Shown here: one piece after another, positions 59,965 through 64,000 of the stretch | Numbering within the stretch: position 1 is the first letter of the stretch | How the letters are laid out: the number at the start of each line of letters is the position of its first letter | Source: Vicinamibacterales bacterium | GTDB lineage: Bacteria > Acidobacteriota > Vicinamibacteria > Vicinamibacterales > SCN-69-37 | Direction of reading: 5' to 3' | NCBI GenBank assembly: GCA_036675475.1 | Contig: JAKFEY010000002.1 | Coordinates: 4,459 to 68,458, forward strand | Length of the DNA: 64,000 nucleotides | The notes under the pieces: model-generated | Seen by the model: the letters and a program-made list of their open reading frames with translations, nothing else | Database searches by the model: none | What the model was told of the DNA's origin: nothing | Program-made: the position numbers and the translations under genes

Positions 59965-60802
59965 AAATTACTATCGACCGCGCGGCGAACAGCGGCTCGG
60001 CGAGCGCGGCGTCGCCGGTCACCCGCACCGCCGCGCGCGCCCGGTCGCCCGGCAGGCCATTGAACAGCAGGCGCCGGGCGGTGTCGTCGCTCAGGGCGAT
60101 ACGGGCGGCCGGCGCGTTGGTCGCGCCGGCCATCAGGCGCCATGCGCCGGCGCTGCGCTCGAGCGCCCACGTGCCGCCGGCCGGTCCCGCAATGTCGAGT
60201 GCCACCACCGTGCCGTCCGCGGCGTCGCTGGCCCGCCAGGCGTGCGGCAGGCCGCGCAGCGCGATGAGCAGCGTCGCATGCAGCCAGGCCGGATCGGCCA
60301 TCGGCTCCGCGCCCACCGCCTCGCGAATCTGCGCCTGGTGATGCCACTGCTCGGTGAGCTCGCGGCCGATGTCGAACCAGCCGGCCGACTCCATCTCGCC
60401 CGCCCACGACACGCCAAACAGGCCCGGCGCGTCGAACGGCATCATCTCGAAGAAGTCAGCCAGCTCGCGAATACTCTTCTCGTACAGATCGGCGAGCGCC
60501 CGCGTGCTGAGCCGCCGCGACGCGCCCACCCATTCGGCGTTGATGTGATTGATGAACCGCGCGAAATCCCGATCGCTCTCGATGGGGAAGGGCGGCGGAG
60601 GCGGCGTGTGCAGGTCGCGGTGAAACGACAGCCGCCGGAACCCGATGTCGGTCAGGTGCGCCACGACGTCGCGCACCTGCCACGAGCCCACGGCCGTGCG
60701 CGTCCACGCCGTGTCGGGCAGCGCGCGCAGCAGCGCGATCAGGCTCTCGCCGATCGGGCGGAACAGGAAACGGGTATCGGTCGGAGGAAGGGGCGTGATC
60801 AC
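59963..60802 (-). CDS. Maleylpyruvate-isomerase N-terminal (MDMPI/DinB-like) domain protein
   Basis: W.VRDVVAHL, E.WHH..QIR; SCP2-like C-terminus. Confidence 0.8.
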   Translation of the reverse strand: MITPLPPTDTRFLFRPIGESLIALLRALPDTAWTRTAVGSWQVRDVVAHLTDIGFRRLSFHRDLHTPPPPPFPIESDRDFARFINHINAEWVGASRRLSTRALADLYEKSIRELADFFEMMPFDAPGLFGVSWAGEMESAGWFDIGRELTEQWHHQAQIREAVGAEPMADPAWLHATLLIALRGLPHAWRASDAADGTVVALDIAGPAGGTWALERSAGAWRLMAGATNAPAARIALSDDTARRLLFNGLPGDRARAAVRVTGDAALAEPLFAARSIVI

Positions 60803-60812
60803 GCCCGCCAGT

Positions 60813-61517
60813 TTATCGCGCTCGGAGCGAGACGACGGTGCCGCCGGTTTCGGGCTTCTTGTCGGTATAGCGCACGACTTCGCGGCCCTCTGGCGTGAGC
60901 TCGGTGACCTGATAGATGGTCAGCGAGCCGCGCGTGACGGCCTTGACGTCCTTGATCCGGTTGCCGATCTTCGCCACGTAGTTGCGCGTCTCGCGATACG
61001 GCGGCACGCCGTCGTAGCGCTCCACCGCGCCCGGGCCGGCGTTGTACGCCGCAAGCGCAAGCTCCACGTTGTTGTCGAACCGATCGAGCAGCGCACGCAG
61101 ATATTTCGTGCCCCCGCGGATGTTGTCGGCGGGATCGAACGGATCGACGACGCCGAGGTCGCGCGCCGTGCCCGGCATCAGCTGCATCAGGCCCATCGCC
61201 CCCACGCTCGACACCGCGCGCGGGTTGAAGGCGGATTCCGTTTCGATGACGGCGCGCACCAGCACGGGATTGAGACCGTTCGATTCGGCGTGCTGCGCGA
61301 TCAGCGAATCGAACTCGGTGCCGCGCGGCGCGCGCTGCCGCGCCACGGGCGCGACCGACCGGAACCCGGCATCCACGATGCGCGGCGTGCCGCTGTCCGT
61401 GCGCACGTATGAAAAGTTGGCGGGAAGCTCCTGCGCCGATACCTGCGGCGCAAGCACGGGCATGAGCCCGGCGCAGGCCGAAAGCAGAACCACGCGCGAC
61501 GAGAGGCGCTCGAACAT
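60813..61517 (-). CDS. Lytic transglycosylase (SLT domain)
   Basis: AVI..ESAFNPRAVS..GA.GLMQLMP.TA, ALAAYNAG, PPY.ET..YV. Confidence 0.92.
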   Translation of the reverse strand: MFERLSSRVVLLSACAGLMPVLAPQVSAQELPANFSYVRTDSGTPRIVDAGFRSVAPVARQRAPRGTEFDSLIAQHAESNGLNPVLVRAVIETESAFNPRAVSSVGAMGLMQLMPGTARDLGVVDPFDPADNIRGGTKYLRALLDRFDNNVELALAAYNAGPGAVERYDGVPPYRETRNYVAKIGNRIKDVKAVTRGSLTIYQVTELTPEGREVVRYTDKKPETGGTVVSLRAR

Positions 61518-61569
61518 AAAAGTCTTTTGGAAGCCCTAGTTTAGGGGGCGCAAGCCCCACCCGGCAAGG

Positions 61570-61583
61570 GCAACGTGCGTACC
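61570..61583 (-). promoter_or_regulatory. Candidate sigma54 promoter for the SLT gene
   Basis: GGTAC-N5-TTGC on the - strand. Confidence 0.35.
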
Positions 61584-61636
61584 CGGTGCTATCGGCCGAA
61601 ACAGGCCTGATCTGCAGCCGGGTTTAGGCGGAGGGC

Positions 61637-63322
61637 TTACAGGTCTGGCAGGTCGATTTCAGATTTGTCGGTGGCGCGCATGAGGGTGTCGTCGGTGCCG
61701 CCGGCCCGGAACCATCGCCAGCCATGGGCTTCCAGGCGCACGCGATGCGTGCCGTTGGCCAGCGCGCGGCTCGGCTTGCGCCCGAACAGCTCCGCCAGCA
61801 AGCCGTCGCGCTCCGAGCCTGGCGTGAACGTCACCGTCGCCGGGCGTCCGGAAAAGTTGTGCAGGGTCACCAGCGACGTGCCGCGCCAGTCGTATCGCAG
61901 CGCGAGCACTTCGGGCACGCTTGTGCGCAGCACTTCCACCTCGCCCCAGCTGATTTCCGGGCACTCCTTGCGCATGCGAATCATCCGCTCGGTGCGATTG
62001 AGCAGCGACTGCGGATCGTTGCGCTGCGCGGCGACGTTCACCTTCTCATACCCGAACTGCTCATCGTCAATCACCGGACGCACGACGCGCCTGGCGCGTG
62101 AGAAGCCGGCGTGCGGCGCGCTGCTCCACTGCATGGGCGTACGCGCGCACTCGCGCTCGGGCAGTTTCAGGTTTTCGCCGATGCCAATCTCGTCGCCGTA
62201 CTGCATCATCGGCGTGCCGGGCAGCGAGAACAGGAGGCTGAACGCGAGGTCGAGTTTCTGCGCGTGCCCGCCAAGCATGGGCGCCAGGCGGCGGCGGATG
62301 CCACGGTCGTACAGCTGCATCCGCTTCTCGGGCGCGAAGGCGTCGAACACGCGCTGTCGCTGTTCCTCAGTGAGGCGCCCGAGGTCGAGCTCGTCGTGAC
62401 TGCGAAGGAACTGCACCCACTGCGCGTGCGCCGGCCGCTTCTTGGTCTGCTCGATCGCCCACACGAGTGGGCCGAGGTCTTCGGTCGCCAGCGCGTAGAA
62501 CAGCCGCTGATTGACGGGGAAGTTCAGCATCATCTGCAGGTGATCGCCCTCGTCGCCGAAGTACTTCAGGCTTTCGTCTGGCGGCACGTTCGCCTCGGCC
62601 AGCAGAATGGCGTCGCCCGTGCGCCACTGCAGGAAGTCGCGCATTTCCTTGAGCAGGCCGAAGTCCTGCTGATGCTCGACGTTCGCGCCCTTCTTCTCAA
62701 TCAGGAAAGGCACCGCGTCCATACGGAATCCCGAGACGCCGAGCTCCAGCCAGAAGCCCATGATCTTCTGAATCTCCGCGCGCACTTCGGGATTCCACGT
62801 GTTCAGGTCGGCCTGATGCTCGTAGAAGCGGTGGAAGTAGTACATCTTCGCCTTGCGATCCAGCGTCCACGTCGTCGTCTGCTGGCCGGGGAAGACGATG
62901 CCTTCCTTGTGATTCTTCGGGCGCTCCTTCGACCAGACGTACCAGTCGCGGAACGGCGACTTCGGACTCGAGCGCGCGGACTGAAACCACGGATGATCGA
63001 TCGACGTGTGGCTGACCACCAGATCGACGATGACGCGCATGCCGAGCGCGCGCGCGTGGTTCATGAAGTTGGCGTAGTCGCCGAGCGAGCCGTGCTTCTC
63101 GTGGACGCTGTAGTAGTCAGTGACGTCGTACCCGTTGTCGCGGTTCGGCGACCTGTAGAACGGCTGCAGCCAGACGCACGTGACGCCGAGGCCCGCCAGA
63201 TAGTCGAGGCGGCGCATGAGCCCCTCGAAGTCGCCGACGCCGTCGCCGTTGGCGTCCTGAAACTTCTCGACGTCGAGGCAATAGATGATCGCGTTGCGGT
63301 ACCAGAGATCGTCAATCGACAT
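61637..63322 (-). CDS. GH13 trehalose synthase-like / alpha-amylase family protein
   Basis: D.NGDG.GDF.GL, DNGYD, GFRMDAV, AEAN, FLRSHDELDL, YGDEIG. Confidence 0.9.
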   Translation of the reverse strand: MSIDDLWYRNAIIYCLDVEKFQDANGDGVGDFEGLMRRLDYLAGLGVTCVWLQPFYRSPNRDNGYDVTDYYSVHEKHGSLGDYANFMNHARALGMRVIVDLVVSHTSIDHPWFQSARSSPKSPFRDWYVWSKERPKNHKEGIVFPGQQTTTWTLDRKAKMYYFHRFYEHQADLNTWNPEVRAEIQKIMGFWLELGVSGFRMDAVPFLIEKKGANVEHQQDFGLLKEMRDFLQWRTGDAILLAEANVPPDESLKYFGDEGDHLQMMLNFPVNQRLFYALATEDLGPLVWAIEQTKKRPAHAQWVQFLRSHDELDLGRLTEEQRQRVFDAFAPEKRMQLYDRGIRRRLAPMLGGHAQKLDLAFSLLFSLPGTPMMQYGDEIGIGENLKLPERECARTPMQWSSAPHAGFSRARRVVRPVIDDEQFGYEKVNVAAQRNDPQSLLNRTERMIRMRKECPEISWGEVEVLRTSVPEVLALRYDWRGTSLVTLHNFSGRPATVTFTPGSERDGLLAELFGRKPSRALANGTHRVRLEAHGWRWFRAGGTDDTLMRATDKSEIDLPDL

Positions 63323-64000
63323 GGGTCAGGGCCGGGAGAAGGCGTTCGCCGCACGCTGTGAGGAATCGTTCCTGGTGATCGCGCGCGACGTTGTGCAGGT
63401 AAATGCGATCGAAGCCCATGGCGGCGTCCTCGTACAGCCACTCGGCGTGACGCTCGATGTCGGCCGACACGCGCACGCGGGCGGCGATGTCCTCGGGCGT
63501 GAGATGCGCGGATGCGCGATCGAACTCGAGCGGCGTGGCGAGATCGCTCAGTTGATCGCGCGTGAGCCCTGCGTGGCGCCATTGTTCGTGCGCCGCGGCC
63601 CGTGACTCGTCCTCGGTCGGCGCGAACGACAACGCCACCTGGAGATACGCGGGCTTCGCGCCGCCGCGCTCGCGGAAGGCCTCGAGGATGGCGCGCATGT
63701 CGTCGCGCGGCCCAGACACGGTAATCAGCGCGTCGGCCCATTCGCCGGCCCAGCGCGCGGTTTCGGCCGACAGCGCCGCCGCCACCAGCATCGGCGGGCG
63801 CGCGGGCACGTCGTAGATGCGCGCGCGCGACACCATGACGCCGTCACGCGTCATGGTGACCGGCTCGCCCGTCCAGAGCGCGCGCATCGCATCCACCGAC
63901 GCCTTCAGGCGCAGCTGGCGTTTCTCGCGCGGCGGCCACCCGGTGCCCGTGATTTTCTCGTTGAGCGCCTCGCCGCTGCCCACGGCAATCCAGAAACGGT
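63312..64000 (-). CDS. LLM-class (luciferase-like) oxidoreductase, 3' part (truncated by window edge)
   Basis: GSGEALNE..TG..WP, AA....TARWAG.WAD. Confidence 0.85.
   Translation of the reverse strand, partial: RFWIAVGSGEALNEKITGTGWPPREKRQLRLKASVDAMRALWTGEPVTMTRDGVMVSRARIYDVPARPPMLVAAALSAETARWAGEWADALITVSGPRDDMRAILEAFRERGGAKPAYLQVALSFAPTEDESRAAAHEQWRHAGLTRDQLSDLATPLEFDRASAHLTPEDIAARVRVSADIERHAEWLYEDAAMGFDRIYLHNVARDHQERFLTACGERLLPALTHVD

Noticed and set aside
61518-61636. Riboswitch or sigma28 promoter upstream of the lytic transglycosylase
   Set aside because: Only short GC hairpins and a GCCGATA without a correctly spaced -35; no recognisable aptamer

Overview
High-GC, gene-dense chromosomal window. 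Gene order and families point to an Acidobacteriota (Vicinamibacterales-like) genome; this taxonomy is an inference. Almost all genes lie on the + strand and most are housekeeping: dnaJ(3' end)-hspR-DnaC-like-hemW; acyl-CoA dehydrogenase, MeaB-epimerase fusion, mtnP; ribH-nusB-lysS; lolC/E-lolD; clpC-bamA-skp-fabZ::lpxA-lpxI; a futalosine (mqn) menaquinone cluster interrupted by a PIN-toxin TA pair; miaA-deoB-dgt; yceD-rpmF-plsX-fabG-acpP-fabF-etfBA-ETF:QO; leuS-lptE-holA; rpsT. No rRNA, tRNA, CRISPR array or transposase was recognised. Main observations: (1) an accessory cassette at about 48.9-53.6 kb (response regulator, 75-aa precursor-like peptide, SpoIIM/DUF95, ABC ATPase and permease, Yip1, CxxC redoxin) with the architecture of head-to-tail cyclised bacteriocin clusters but an anionic, two-cysteine core, in a diderm host; (2) an antisense four-helix-bundle gene bracketed by inverted heptamer arrays, plus several 'empty' inverted heptamer hairpins of unrelated sequence at other gene junctions; (3) an MqnE-like protein lacking the radical-SAM CxxxCxxC motif; (4) GTAG-type REP-like palindromes that supply stop codons or sit inside a coding sequence; (5) a recurrent leaderless-gene signature, including overlapping bidirectional -10 elements. 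All product calls come from motif recognition by eye, not from database searches.
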